Notes: a model not told the origin generated them from the sequence alone. A DNA stretch of 64,000 nucleotides from Candidatus Kaiserbacteria bacterium (GCA_023264445.1 JAHFMN010000002.1:66365-130364), one strand, 5' to 3'; counted from the stretch's first letter, positions 49,028 through 61,090 are shown. A program made the numbers and translations.

Positions 49028-49777
49028 ATGCGCCCTAAGAAATCACTGGGACAGAACTTCCTCATGCATGCCCGCATCGCGGAGCGTATTGCGCTTACCG
49101 CGGAGCTTGCTCCAGACGCGGTTGTATTTGAGATTGGCCCGGGGACCGGCATGCTCACGCGAGAATTACTAAAGCATGCAAAAAAGGTCATCGCACTTGA
49201 AGCGGATCAGGCGCTCGTCGAGAAATTGCAGGATGATTTTTCAAACGAGATTGCTCTGAAACGGCTCGAGCTCATACACGGCGACATTCGAACCTTTGAT
49301 ATCGCTGTACTGCCAAAAAAATATTCGCTCGTCGCGAACATCCCGTACTACCTGACCGGTGATATTTTTAGAATGTTCCTTGAAACGGAGAATCAGCCGA
49401 GCGCGCTTACGCTCCTCGTGCAGAAAGAGGTTGCCGAGCGCATCGCACGGTCAAAAAAGGAGAGCATTTTATCGCTTTCAGTGAAGGCATACGGTACGCC
49501 GAAGTATGAATTCACCGTTCCGCGCGGTGCATTTTTCCCTGCACCGAAGGTAGATTCTGCTGTGCTTACGGTCCGTGGTATTTCTCGGAAGCATTTTGCC
49601 GCGAGAGCTGAAGAAAAGTATTTTTTTGCGCTTCTGCATGCTGGATTCGCGCACAAGCGCAAATTTGTCCGAAGCAATTTGGCCGATGCCGGATTGTCTT
49701 CCGGAACTATTCCGGAAAAAGCGCGCGCAGAGGATCTCTTGCTCACTGACTGGCTTGCTCTGGTGAAAAACAAGTAG
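49028..49777 (+). CDS. rsmA: 16S rRNA (adenine1518/1519-N6)-dimethyltransferase
   Basis: KSLGQNFL, VFEIGPGTGMLT SAM motif, NIPY. Confidence 0.9.
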   Translation: MRPKKSLGQNFLMHARIAERIALTAELAPDAVVFEIGPGTGMLTRELLKHAKKVIALEADQALVEKLQDDFSNEIALKRLELIHGDIRTFDIAVLPKKYSLVANIPYYLTGDIFRMFLETENQPSALTLLVQKEVAERIARSKKESILSLSVKAYGTPKYEFTVPRGAFFPAPKVDSAVLTVRGISRKHFAARAEEKYFFALLHAGFAHKRKFVRSNLADAGLSSGTIPEKARAEDLLLTDWLALVKNK

Positions 49778-49784
49778 ATATCGG

Positions 49785-50552
49785 TTATTCCCACTCGGTT
49801 TTCGCGGCCGCTAGCAGCTTTTTGAATCGAGGATTCTCCATCATGATGGAGAAGAGTTGTTGTGCAAGCAGGACACCGGCACGTGTATCACTGGGGTAGT
49901 GGAGGCCAGCAATCTCGCGGTTCCTCGCTACCTGATCGGCGCGTGCGATGAATTCGTCCTTGCGCGCCGGTGCGAGCTCGCCGAGCACATACGCAAGAAA
50001 ATGCATCTGGGTGGAGTGGCCGCTCGGGTATGCAGGGTGCCCGGGTACCACGATTGCTGTAGTCAGGTCGGGGTCAAGCGCACTCGGTCGGACTCGGTCA
50101 AACTTCTTTTTTTGCTGGAGCGTAAGCACCGTCACATCATGGAAACTGTCTTCAAGCAGGAGCGCGGTGGCAGGGAATTTCTTCTTATCCGCGTAGTCAG
50201 TGACCATATGTCCCCCAAACTCGAGAGTCGATAATTCACGTTCGGCGAGAATATCTTTTATTTCCTGCGGCGTGCGCAGGTCGCGGTATGACATAAGCGT
50301 CGAGAGTTCCGCTCTGACCTCGCTTGAGGAGTTTTTTGGCGGCGGCGGGAGTGAAATATTCGCAAAGAGCTCCGCCGGATAGCACGTCGGCTCCTCCGAG
50401 AGCTCAAGCAATTGCGGTTCCCACGCCCCGGTGTTGGAGAAGGCGAGGACATCCTTCCGCGCTGCTTCCGCGGGGGCGAAAATGAAGAAATATCCGCCAA
50501 AAAGGAGTACAAGGCCGATAATGCCGAAGGTAGGAAGATACTTTTCAATCAT
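49785..50552 (-). CDS. PAP2-family phosphatase, membrane-anchored
   Basis: KX6RP (KKKFDRVRP), PSGH, SRX5HX3D (NREIAGLHYPSD) motifs; N-terminal TM. Confidence 0.7.
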   Translation of the reverse strand: MIEKYLPTFGIIGLVLLFGGYFFIFAPAEAARKDVLAFSNTGAWEPQLLELSEEPTCYPAELFANISLPPPPKNSSSEVRAELSTLMSYRDLRTPQEIKDILAERELSTLEFGGHMVTDYADKKKFPATALLLEDSFHDVTVLTLQQKKKFDRVRPSALDPDLTTAIVVPGHPAYPSGHSTQMHFLAYVLGELAPARKDEFIARADQVARNREIAGLHYPSDTRAGVLLAQQLFSIMMENPRFKKLLAAAKTEWE

Positions 50553-50635
50553 GCGTCAGGGAAGAGTATCATGGCGTAGCATTTCCGAAGCAATCTAATG
50601 CACAAGCGGTCGCCTTTGTCGGGCATAGACGGCAC

Positions 50636-51703
50636 ATGCGACTGCTATACTTCTGTATGAATACCATGGGGCAGATTCTACGACATTGGCGGGTGCTCAC
50701 GGCAGCAGCGTTCTCCGTTGTCATCATTGTCGGCGCCTATGTGCTTGTGCGTGGTGTAGGGTCTCCGCCACTTGCAGAAGCTTCAGCCGAGACGGCGCTC
50801 CTGCAGGCCATTGCGACAAAAGATTCGGATGGGGATGGACTTCCCGACTGGGAGGAAGCACTCTACGGCGCCGATCCTCGCATTACCGATACATTCCATC
50901 TGGGAATGACCGACGGCGAGGCAGTTTCTCGCGGTCTCGTTGTTCCGAAAGCAATCGCTGACATTAACATTGGGGATGCTTCACCCAGCGCATCTGCGAG
51001 TGTGGACGGCTCATTGCCACCGCCTCCTGCAGAGGGAAGCCTGACGGCTGCCTTTGCAGAACATTTCTTTGCGCTCTACCTCACGGCGAAAGAAAAGAAT
51101 GGCGGTGCGGACCTCTCTCAGGCCGATATGCAGACCATTGCGGATGAAACGGTGCGTGCACTTTCGGACACTCTTGCCGCCGCTCCTGATTTCAAGTCTG
51201 CAAAAGATCTCACAGTGTCGGGTTCAGGCACTGACGCGCTCCAGACATTTGCCATACAGGCGGAAGCAGTGCTTCTGAAGAATACGAGCACTGCGTCGGC
51301 GAGTGAGATTGCATATCTCACAGACGTAGTGCAGAACAATCATGAAGAATCCCTCACACCAATCATTTCAATAGCAAAGGCATATCGCGATTCTGCTGTC
51401 GGGCTCTCCGTGCTTCCCGCACCGCGTGAACTCGCTTCCGCTCACCTAGCACTTGTGAATGCACTCATGCGGGTGAGCGAGATATGCTCCGATTTTGCCC
51501 GAGTGAATACCGACCCCCTCGCGACCATGCTCGCGCTTGAGCAGTATCCGCAAGCAGTCCTTGCACTCGGTACGGCATTCATAGACATCGGCAAGGTATA
51601 TAAAACGGCGAATATCTCGCTTCCTGCCGACGCATCGGGAGCTGCCTTCGTGAACCTCATGACTGATATCGCAAACGAGCAGGCTGCCGCCAAGAAACCA
51701 TGA
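50636..51703 (+). CDS. hypothetical signal-anchored protein with a DSDGDGLPDWEE (DxDxDG calcium-binding-like) motif
   Basis: ORF; first gene of a 4-gene co-directional block. Confidence 0.5.
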   Translation: MRLLYFCMNTMGQILRHWRVLTAAAFSVVIIVGAYVLVRGVGSPPLAEASAETALLQAIATKDSDGDGLPDWEEALYGADPRITDTFHLGMTDGEAVSRGLVVPKAIADINIGDASPSASASVDGSLPPPPAEGSLTAAFAEHFFALYLTAKEKNGGADLSQADMQTIADETVRALSDTLAAAPDFKSAKDLTVSGSGTDALQTFAIQAEAVLLKNTSTASASEIAYLTDVVQNNHEESLTPIISIAKAYRDSAVGLSVLPAPRELASAHLALVNALMRVSEICSDFARVNTDPLATMLALEQYPQAVLALGTAFIDIGKVYKTANISLPADASGAAFVNLMTDIANEQAAAKKP

Positions 51704-53484
51704 GCACGCGCCCTTTCTCCTCCGTTATCGCGCTCTGTTTGATTGCTGTGCTCCTTGTTCCGTCCGCGTTTCTCGCCGTACCGCGGCAAGCTCACGCTAT
51801 TTTCGGAGGTGGCGGCCCTGGTCTTCCCTCTGTTTTCCCAACAGTGGAAATCCCGGGAGCCAATTATTTTGCAAACATAAAGACATCGGTTGAAAGTACT
51901 ATCAGCGCCATCAAGAACACTATTACGAGCGTAGCAAGTGTCACGAGTGCGGCCGCGAATGTTGCGATGCAGATAAACGCCTATGTGCTTCAGCCGCTCG
52001 CCTTTATCCTCTCGGGAAATCTGATGAAGGTGCTCACCGCCGGCGTCATCGCCTTCGTTATTGGTAAAGCAAATGGCACTGGCATCCCGCAGTTCGTGGT
52101 GGACGTGCAGAAATCACTCCAGACGGTCAGCGATGGGAAGGCGCTCGCTTTCTTCAGTCAATTCGGGCGCAATTCAAACTCACCCTTTGCCGGTTCCATC
52201 ACCTCGGCATTGCGCAATGATTATCTTTCTAAAACATCACTTGCCGGCTTCTGGGCCGCCAATATGAACACGCTTGCTGCCTCCTCGCCGACCTATAGGA
52301 GTGATTTTCTCACCGGGAACTGGTCGCACGGCGGTGTGGCAGCATGGTTCGCACTTACGACGCAGTCACAAAACAATCCATATACGTTCTATCCGGCGGC
52401 AAAAACCCAGCTCGCAAGTCTTATCGGCCCCGGTGCTGGCGGTGCAACTGGCGCACGCGTTGCGGAGCTGAGTTGGGGGCAAGGCTTTATGTCGTGGTGC
52501 GGCGCAAGCGATGCTGCCTCTGGAGCAACCGCAACCGATATTGCTCAGCTCGGAGGGGCGACCGGCGTCAATCCCGGAGATGCGTGCACCAATGAAGACG
52601 GCACGGTGGGTGCTATCAAAACACCGGGCTCGGTCATCTCTGCCACGCTCAATAAGGTGCTCGGTGGTCAGCAGGACATCATCACGCGCATGGGCAACGT
52701 CGGCCCCGAGATAAACGGCATCTTGCAAAATATCGGCACGGTTATGCAGACGGTAAATTTTGCGACGGAACTTCTCGGCGGCCCTGGCTCCGGCGGTCTC
52801 TTCGGCGTCGACCAACCTTCAGGAACCAATTCAACCTCTCGACTTCTGCAGTATCAGAGTTCTCCGGGCTATCTCGGCGTTACGAACTCAACGGTTCTCC
52901 AAAATAGTTCATCACTACCGGCATCGGGCGCTGAAATGACGGCTCGTATTACGCAATACCAATCGGCATGGAACGCTATCAACGTTTCAGCGACAGCGGC
53001 GTCAACGACGGTAGCGAGCCTCATCACCTTCTGTGCGAATGCCGCTCAAGTCGCCCAAGACTCGACATTTACGAATACGACCAACACGCAGATAACCGCT
53101 GCACGAGCCGCTCTTACAAACGAGATACAGCCAGTTCTTGTGCAGGTCGCCGCTGCACAAACTACCATTGCGACGGCACAGGCGATGGTGCAGAAAATCC
53201 AGAGCGAACTGAATGCATCTTCCGACGCAGAAGTGGCGACCTATGCAGCGGACATACAGGCACTACAGACCATGTCGCCGACTGCCTCTGACGTCGCGAA
53301 TGTGCAGCAGGAGGCGCAAGCGCTTGGTGGCGTCACAGCCGTTCCAGAGGGCTCGCTTACAGTCACTGGTGGCTCGCTCGTGGATCAAATGGCGCTTATA
53401 AGTACGAATGCGAATGCGCTGAAAGCGTCAGCCTGTACCTTTGTCCCGCCCACCGTCTTTTCAGGTGGTAATGACGGCTTTTAA
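51700..53484 (+). CDS. hypothetical large secreted Thr/Ala/Ser-rich protein with a signal peptide plus a second hydrophobic helix
   Basis: ORF; 4-nt overlap with the upstream gene. Confidence 0.5.
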   Translation: MSTRPFSSVIALCLIAVLLVPSAFLAVPRQAHAIFGGGGPGLPSVFPTVEIPGANYFANIKTSVESTISAIKNTITSVASVTSAAANVAMQINAYVLQPLAFILSGNLMKVLTAGVIAFVIGKANGTGIPQFVVDVQKSLQTVSDGKALAFFSQFGRNSNSPFAGSITSALRNDYLSKTSLAGFWAANMNTLAASSPTYRSDFLTGNWSHGGVAAWFALTTQSQNNPYTFYPAAKTQLASLIGPGAGGATGARVAELSWGQGFMSWCGASDAASGATATDIAQLGGATGVNPGDACTNEDGTVGAIKTPGSVISATLNKVLGGQQDIITRMGNVGPEINGILQNIGTVMQTVNFATELLGGPGSGGLFGVDQPSGTNSTSRLLQYQSSPGYLGVTNSTVLQNSSSLPASGAEMTARITQYQSAWNAINVSATAASTTVASLITFCANAAQVAQDSTFTNTTNTQITAARAALTNEIQPVLVQVAAAQTTIATAQAMVQKIQSELNASSDAEVATYAADIQALQTMSPTASDVANVQQEAQALGGVTAVPEGSLTVTGGSLVDQMALISTNANALKASACTFVPPTVFSGGNDGF

Positions 53485-53486
53485 GT

Positions 53487-55547
53487 ATGAACCGTTCATT
53501 TTTTAAAATCCCGCTCATCGTCATCGTGTTTCTCGCATGCACGATGGGTGCCACACCCAGCGTGCATGCCCAGAACACCACAACCTTCACCTCGCAAACT
53601 GCTCTTGATGCATATAACGCCTGTATAGAAAATCAGGGGACGGAAGAACAATGTAATGCAGCATACGAGATATATCTTGGGTCAGTGGGCACGACAATTC
53701 AAAATGATCCTGCAGCTGAAAAAACTCCACTCGATCTAAAATTGGGAGGAGATACGGGCGAAAAATTCGGCGAAATCGCTTCCTGGATTATGTCGCTCTT
53801 TGCATGGCTCGTTGGAGTCGCGATGCTCACTCTTGACTATGCGGCGTACTATACGGTCGTTACGATGGGGACGTATGTGAATGATCTCTCCGCAATCGGC
53901 GTCACGTGGCAAATTCTGCGAGATCTCGGCAACATCATTCTTATATTTGGGTTCCTTGCTATCGGTATTACCACCATTCTAAACGTGGACTGGTACGGCG
54001 GTGGAACCAAATTGCTCCCGAAGTTGCTCATTGCCGCTGTATTTCTAAATTTTTCCCTCTTTATAACCGAGGCGATCATTGATACCGGCAATTTATTTGC
54101 CACCCAGTTCTATAAGCAGATTAATGGCGGCAATCTCCCGACCCCGACCGGGACCGGAATAACCGGTTTAGCTGTGAATGGTGTCAACCTAACTACGGGG
54201 AATGAGGGTATTTCAACCAAGATCATGTCTCAACTAGGACTTCAGACTCTCTACGCAAACGGACAAGTCAATCAAAAACTTTTCAAGGGCGGAAATCTAT
54301 TTCTTATCGGCTTCTTGGGCATCATCCTTTTCATCGTTGCGGCGTTTGTGATGTTCTCGCTCGCTTTCATACTCATCGCGCGTTTCGTCATACTCCTCTT
54401 TCTTATCATCCTCGCCCCCATCGGCTTCGCTGGACTTGCGATACCTCAGCTCGCAGGCAGAGCAAAACAATGGTGGGACACACTCTTTGAGCAGACGCTC
54501 ACCGCGCCAATCCTGTTCCTCACTCTCTACATTGCGCTCGCCATCATCACCGACGCCTCGTTTCTAACTGGCTTCGGTATAAACGCTACCGCGACTGGCG
54601 CTACAGGGACCACGGGATTCTGGACTGGAGCCATAGAGAACGGCAATCTGGTCGGCTTCGCAGGGATACTCATCACGTTTCTTGTTGCGATGGGACTCTT
54701 GCTTGCCGTCACCATTTTCGCCAAAAAACTTTCCGCCTTCGGCGCAGGCTGGGCGATGAAAACCGCTGGTGCTCTTTCCTTTGGCGCAACCGCGTGGGCT
54801 GGGCGCAATACTGGTGGATGGCTGGCTAATAAAACTGCTCGCGGTCTTCGCAAAACCTGGGTAGCTCGCGTTCCTTTAGCTGGAACAGGTCTCGTGAAAG
54901 GATTGGACCGTGTTGCTGGTGCAAGCTTTGATGTACGTGGTGCCACGATGGGAGGTGGTTTGAAAGCGACTGGTATTGACGCTGGCACTGCTCAGAAGGG
55001 CGGCTACAAAGCCGAACTCAAGGGCCGTATTGAATCGAGAACGAAATACGCGGCTGAACTTAAGGGTCGCGAACTCACGGACGAGGAAAAGATTGATCAG
55101 AAAGTTGAACAAAATAAGATCAAGGCAACAGAAAAAAGGTTGGCGGATCTGCAAGTTCATCAGAGAGCGTTGGCCGCGGCCGGAAAAGATACGAAAGTTG
55201 CAGATGAAGAAATTGCCACTGAGAAAGAGCTACTTACAAGGTTCAAAGAGAAACTTGACGAGATAGAAAGTGTCACAGACAAGGGAGCTCAGCGTAAATA
55301 TGCAAATGCTCTCAATCTCTGGACTGACCCTAAGAATAGATTCAATAGAATATTCAACTTCGCTGCTAATACCGAAGCAGCGGAAAAGATACGAGGTGAA
55401 GCAAAAAAATCCTCCGATGATAAGACATTGGATAGTCTTAAAAAAGCGCTCAAGAAAGCTTCTGGTGAAGAGGAAACGCCAGCTACGACCCCGCCTCCAA
55501 CGGCCGCCCCTTCTGCCGGCGGTGCATCAGGTGCTGCAAAATCTTAA
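53487..55547 (+). CDS. polytopic membrane protein (signal peptide, about 8 TM, coiled-coil charged C-terminus, Pro-rich tail); VirB6/TrbL-like topology
   Basis: TM count and architecture only; no family motif confirmed. Confidence 0.45.
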   Translation: MNRSFFKIPLIVIVFLACTMGATPSVHAQNTTTFTSQTALDAYNACIENQGTEEQCNAAYEIYLGSVGTTIQNDPAAEKTPLDLKLGGDTGEKFGEIASWIMSLFAWLVGVAMLTLDYAAYYTVVTMGTYVNDLSAIGVTWQILRDLGNIILIFGFLAIGITTILNVDWYGGGTKLLPKLLIAAVFLNFSLFITEAIIDTGNLFATQFYKQINGGNLPTPTGTGITGLAVNGVNLTTGNEGISTKIMSQLGLQTLYANGQVNQKLFKGGNLFLIGFLGIILFIVAAFVMFSLAFILIARFVILLFLIILAPIGFAGLAIPQLAGRAKQWWDTLFEQTLTAPILFLTLYIALAIITDASFLTGFGINATATGATGTTGFWTGAIENGNLVGFAGILITFLVAMGLLLAVTIFAKKLSAFGAGWAMKTAGALSFGATAWAGRNTGGWLANKTARGLRKTWVARVPLAGTGLVKGLDRVAGASFDVRGATMGGGLKATGIDAGTAQKGGYKAELKGRIESRTKYAAELKGRELTDEEKIDQKVEQNKIKATEKRLADLQVHQRALAAAGKDTKVADEEIATEKELLTRFKEKLDEIESVTDKGAQRKYANALNLWTDPKNRFNRIFNFAANTEAAEKIRGEAKKSSDDKTLDSLKKALKKASGEEETPATTPPPTAAPSAGGASGAAKS

Positions 55548-55560
55548 TGTCTAGCTAGGT

Positions 55561-56490
55561 ATGGAACCATCAAACCAAAATATAAGTCTGGAAGAAAGTA
55601 TGAAGCAGGTTATGCAAACAGTACCGCCCGTTATACGTAATTATCTTGTTCAAGAGAAATATACACCGATTACAAAAGCTCTGATGACCAAGTATGCACT
55701 CCGGATTGATCAAGGTGGCATTCTGGAAAGAGAAATCATGCTGCTTTTGTTAGGAATCGAGAGTCCGGACGAATTTTCTCAAGCACTTGTCGGAGAGGCG
55801 AAGTTGAGTCAACAGGTGACGAGCGGGATTTTACAGGATGTAAACACACAGATTTTTGTGCCCCTGCGCGCACGGATGCAAAGTGGGGAAGGGAAGGTGG
55901 AACAACCAGTAAAGCCCGCAGCGCCGTGGACGCCACCACCGCGCCCGCCCGTCGTTCCGCGCGCGGCGTGGACCCGCCCGGCCCCAAGGCCGGTTGCGGC
56001 AGCGGCGCTCAGCACTCCCGTACCTCCTCTTCTGCAGCAGCCGCAGCGGCCAGCTCCTCTGCATCCGGTTGTAAAGGCAGAGCTGCCAAGCACGCCTCCT
56101 CCGCCAGTCCCGCCGCGTCCTCGCGGCCCGAGCCTTGCCCCGCTGCCGCCGAAGACTGTACTGCCGCGCGGTGGAATGACCCCTTCGGCTCAAACGGATA
56201 GCAGCCGACTGCTCGAAGACCATGAGGAGCCGCACATCGATATTAAAACAGCCATGCCGAAACCGCCTCCGCCACGTATTGCCCCTCCATCTCGTCCGAA
56301 CGGACCGCCGCCGAATTTGCCCGGTGCCATGCCGCCGCGCGGTATCGTTTCTCAAGTTATGCCGCCAGCCCCTCCGGCTGGAAGGATTGACCACCCTCCG
56401 CTTCCTGTACCACCTCCGCCTCGCCCGCCGGCTCCGCGTCCTCCTGTCCAACCCTATTCCTCTGACCCTTATCGTGAGCCGATAGAGTAG
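55561..56490 (+). CDS. hypothetical Pro-rich protein (PPxPP repeats)
   Basis: ORF. Confidence 0.45.
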   Translation: MEPSNQNISLEESMKQVMQTVPPVIRNYLVQEKYTPITKALMTKYALRIDQGGILEREIMLLLLGIESPDEFSQALVGEAKLSQQVTSGILQDVNTQIFVPLRARMQSGEGKVEQPVKPAAPWTPPPRPPVVPRAAWTRPAPRPVAAAALSTPVPPLLQQPQRPAPLHPVVKAELPSTPPPPVPPRPRGPSLAPLPPKTVLPRGGMTPSAQTDSSRLLEDHEEPHIDIKTAMPKPPPPRIAPPSRPNGPPPNLPGAMPPRGIVSQVMPPAPPAGRIDHPPLPVPPPPRPPAPRPPVQPYSSDPYREPIE

Positions 56491-56498
56491 CTGCCTAG

Positions 56499-56527
56499 TT
56501 GCGCTCCCTGCGGTATTCCTTTATATT
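56499..56527 (+). promoter_or_regulatory. promoter-like TTGCGC-N17-TATATT upstream of rpsL
   Basis: Read directly. Confidence 0.4.
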
Positions 56528-56560
56528 GTCTCTGACCCTCCTCGGGTCTTCTTTTTCTAA

Positions 56561-56974
56561 ATGGCTACCATCAATCAGCTCTCCAAGAGGGGACGCAAGA
56601 ACAAATCGTCTAAGACGAGCGTGCCTGCTTTGGCGCGCGGTTTCAATACGCTCAAGAATCGCCCGACCTTCTACCCGTCTCCTTTCAAGCGAGGCGTCTG
56701 CACGAAGGTGACCACCAAGACTCCGAGAAAGCCGAACTCCGCTATCCGAAAGATTGCGCGCGTCCGCCTCACGAACGGCATGGAAGTCACTGCCTACATT
56801 CCGGGCGAGGGGCACAATCTTCAGGAACACTCGGTCGTGATGCTTCGCGGCGGTCGCGTGAAGGATATCGGCGTGCAGTACACCATCGTGCGCGGCAAGC
56901 TCGATACCGCCGGCCTTGAGAAGCGCCGCACTGCCCGCTCACGCTATGGCGCGAAGCGCCCGTCTAGCAAATAA
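56561..56974 (+). CDS. rpsL: 30S ribosomal protein S12
   Basis: KRGVCTKV...[38 protein letters not shown]. Confidence 0.93.
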   Translation: MATINQLSKRGRKNKSSKTSVPALARGFNTLKNRPTFYPSPFKRGVCTKVTTKTPRKPNSAIRKIARVRLTNGMEVTAYIPGEGHNLQEHSVVMLRGGRVKDIGVQYTIVRGKLDTAGLEKRRTARSRYGAKRPSSK

Positions 56975-56976
56975 GT

Positions 56977-57441
56977 ATGCGCCGACCCCTTAAGAAAAAG
57001 CGCACCTGGCGCCCCGACCTCAAATACGGTTCGGAGACGCTCACTCGTTTCATCAACGCGCTCATGTGGAGCGGAAAGAAGGATACGGCGCGTGCCGTCG
57101 TGTATGACGCGCTCGCCGCTGTCGAAAAAGGAGGTGCGAATCCGCTCGAGACATTCGAAGCGGCGCTCCGCAACGTCTCGCCGCTCATGGAAGTCCGCTC
57201 TCGCCGCGTCGGTGGCGCCAACTACCAGGTGCCGCGCGAAGTACCGCAGAATCGCCGGCTCGCCCTCTCATTCCGCTGGCTCATCAATGCCGCTCGTGCG
57301 AAGAAAGGAAAGCCGATGGCAGAAAAACTCGCCGCGGAACTCCTCCTCGCCGCAAAGAATGAAGGCGACGCAATCAAGAAAAAGGACGAAATGCACCGCA
57401 TGGCCGAGGCCAACAAGGCCTTTGCTCACTTCGCGTGGTAA
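56977..57441 (+). CDS. rpsG: 30S ribosomal protein S7
   Basis: Family-typical sequence throughout. Confidence 0.93.
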   Translation: MRRPLKKKRTWRPDLKYGSETLTRFINALMWSGKKDTARAVVYDALAAVEKGGANPLETFEAALRNVSPLMEVRSRRVGGANYQVPREVPQNRRLALSFRWLINAARAKKGKPMAEKLAAELLLAAKNEGDAIKKKDEMHRMAEANKAFAHFAW

Positions 57442-57571
57442 GACCGCAAAGCCGGTCTTTCTCCCTGCATTTGCCTCGGACAAATATGTGCAGACACACA
57501 TTTGTCTCTCGGCTCGTTTGGTAGTAATCTTAATAGCAACGCCACGGCGCTTTTATTTTTTTATCTAATCT

Positions 57572-59719
57572 ATGAACCGCGACTATCCGCTTGAGAAAGT
57601 TCGTAACTTCGGCATCATTGCGCACATCGACGCAGGGAAGACGACGACTTCCGAGCGCGTGCTTTTCTATACGGGCGCCCAGCACAAGATAGGCGAAGTG
57701 CACGAGGGCGAGACCACGACCGACTGGATGGAGCAGGAGCGCGAGCGCGGCATCACCATCACCGCTGCCGCCATCACCTGCTTCTGGACCAAGACTGGCG
57801 AGCCGGACAAGAAAGACCTCGCGAAGAAATTCCGTTTCAACGTCATCGACACCCCAGGCCACATCGACTTCACGGCTGAAGTGAAGCGTTCGATGCGTGT
57901 GCTTGATGGTGCCATCGTCGTCTTCGACGGCGTCGCGGGCGTCGAGCCGCAGTCCGAGACCAACTGGCGCTACGCGGATGAGGCCGCAGTGCCACGCGTC
58001 TGCTTCATCAATAAGCTCGATCGCACCGGTGCATCGTTTGAACACTCCTACGCGAGCATCTTGGACCGGCTCTCGCCGAAAGCCATCCGCATGCAGATTC
58101 CTATCGGGGAGGAGGGTGCGCACGAAGGCGTCGTCGACCTGCTCACCATGAAGAGCTACACCTTCTCGGGGAATATGGGTGAGGAAGTGATAGAGGGCGA
58201 AGTACCGGCAAACCTGCTTGAGGATGCAAAGAAATATCGCAGTCAGCTTATTGAGCGCATCGTCGAGCAGGATGATGCTGCAATGAGTGCTTACCTCGAA
58301 GGAAAGGAACCATCACTCGATGAACTCAAGGCAATTTTGCGTAAAGCGGTCATCAATAATGAAATTTTCCCCGTCTACACCGGCTCTGCGCTCAAGAATA
58401 AGGGCGTGCAGCTCGTTCTCGATGCCGTCGTTGACTATCTTCCATCCCCACTCGATCTTAAGCCCGCTACCGGTACGAATCCGAAGACCGGTGAACCGAT
58501 AGAACGCCATGCTTCAGATGATGAGCCGTTCTGTGCGCTTGCCTTCAAGCTCCAGACCGATCCATTCGTCGGCGCGCTGACTTTCTTCCGTGTCTATTCC
58601 GGTACGTTGACTGCCGGTTCATACGTCTATAACTCCACCACCGGCTCCAAAGAACGCATCAGCCGCATCGTCCGGCTCCAAGCTGACAAGCGCGAAGAGG
58701 TGGAGAAGGTGTTCACGGGTGAGATTGCTGCCGCAGTAGGTCTCAAGGATACGAAGACCTCGCACACGCTCTGCGATGAGGCGAACCCGATTATGCTTGA
58801 AGAGATTAAATTTCCCGAGCCGGTGGTTAGCTTGCGCATTGAACCGAAGACCAAGGCCGACCAGGAGAAGATGGGCATCGCGCTCCGTAAACTTTCAGAT
58901 GAGGATCCGACGTTCCGCATCAAGACCGATGAAGAGACGAATGAAACGATCATTTCTGGCATGGGTGAACTTCACCTTGAGATTCTCGTTGACCGTATGA
59001 AGCGCGAATTCAGTGTCGTGGCGGATGTAGGAAAGCCGCAGGTGGCGTACCGCGAGACTATTCTCGGCTCTGCTGAAGCAGAAGGGAAGTACATCAAGCA
59101 GACCGGTGGTAAGGGTCAGTACGGTCACGTGAAGATTCGCATGAAGAAGATGGAGCCGGTAGACCCGGAGGCGAAGGTGGCGAAGAACATTACCCGCGAA
59201 GATCACTTCGAGTTCATCAACAACATCAAGGGAGGTGCGATTCCGCAAGAATTCATCTCGCCGGTCGAGAAGGGTCTCCGCGAGGCGATGACACGCGGCT
59301 TCCTCGCTGGCTTCCCGATGGTGGATATCTCGGTCGATCTCTACGACGGCTCGTATCACGACGTGGACTCTTCCGAAATCGCCTACAAGATTGCTGCGTC
59401 TATGGCCTTCCAAGAAGCGGCCGGTAAGGCGAAAGCCGTCATCCTTGAGCCGATTATGCGTGTCGAAGTTATCGTGCCAGAACAGTTCATGGGCGATATT
59501 ACTGGCAATATCTCCGGCAAACGCGGCCAGATAGAAGGCATGGAGGAGCGCGGCCTCCTTAAGGTCGTGAAGGCCCAGGTACCACTCTCTGAAATGTTTG
59601 GCTACACTACGACACTCCGCTCCATGACCGAGGGCCGCGGCAGCATGACGATGGAATTCGATCACTACGACACCGTCCCCAACAACATCGCCGCCGACAT
59701 CATCGCGAGCCGCAAATAA
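57572..59719 (+). CDS. fusA: elongation factor G
   Basis: G-domain AHIDAGKTT, DTPGH, NKLD; full length. Confidence 0.95.
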   Translation: MNRDYPLEKVRNFGIIAHIDAGKTTTSERVLFYTGAQHKIGEVHEGETTTDWMEQERERGITITAAAITCFWTKTGEPDKKDLAKKFRFNVIDTPGHIDFTAEVKRSMRVLDGAIVVFDGVAGVEPQSETNWRYADEAAVPRVCFINKLDRTGASFEHSYASILDRLSPKAIRMQIPIGEEGAHEGVVDLLTMKSYTFSGNMGEEVIEGEVPANLLEDAKKYRSQLIERIVEQDDAAMSAYLEGKEPSLDELKAILRKAVINNEIFPVYTGSALKNKGVQLVLDAVVDYLPSPLDLKPATGTNPKTGEPIERHASDDEPFCALAFKLQTDPFVGALTFFRVYSGTLTAGSYVYNSTTGSKERISRIVRLQADKREEVEKVFTGEIAAAVGLKDTKTSHTLCDEANPIMLEEIKFPEPVVSLRIEPKTKADQEKMGIALRKLSDEDPTFRIKTDEETNETIISGMGELHLEILVDRMKREFSVVADVGKPQVAYRETILGSAEAEGKYIKQTGGKGQYGHVKIRMKKMEPVDPEAKVAKNITREDHFEFINNIKGGAIPQEFISPVEKGLREAMTRGFLAGFPMVDISVDLYDGSYHDVDSSEIAYKIAASMAFQEAAGKAKAVILEPIMRVEVIVPEQFMGDITGNISGKRGQIEGMEERGLLKVVKAQVPLSEMFGYTTTLRSMTEGRGSMTMEFDHYDTVPNNIAADIIASRK

Positions 59720-59890
59720 TTTCTGTCCCCATAGATATTGCATTTTGGTGCGTGCTTGCGTATAGTGCTTCTAACGCATCTTGGCGTCGCTCTTTGGCTT
59801 GTCTGCTTTTGTGAGTCGGCAAGCTTTGGGGTTTGTTCCGACTCACGTCGGATTTATTCGTGATTTTTACTAAAACTAAATTATCCGATT

Positions 59891-61090
<1,200 letters not shown>

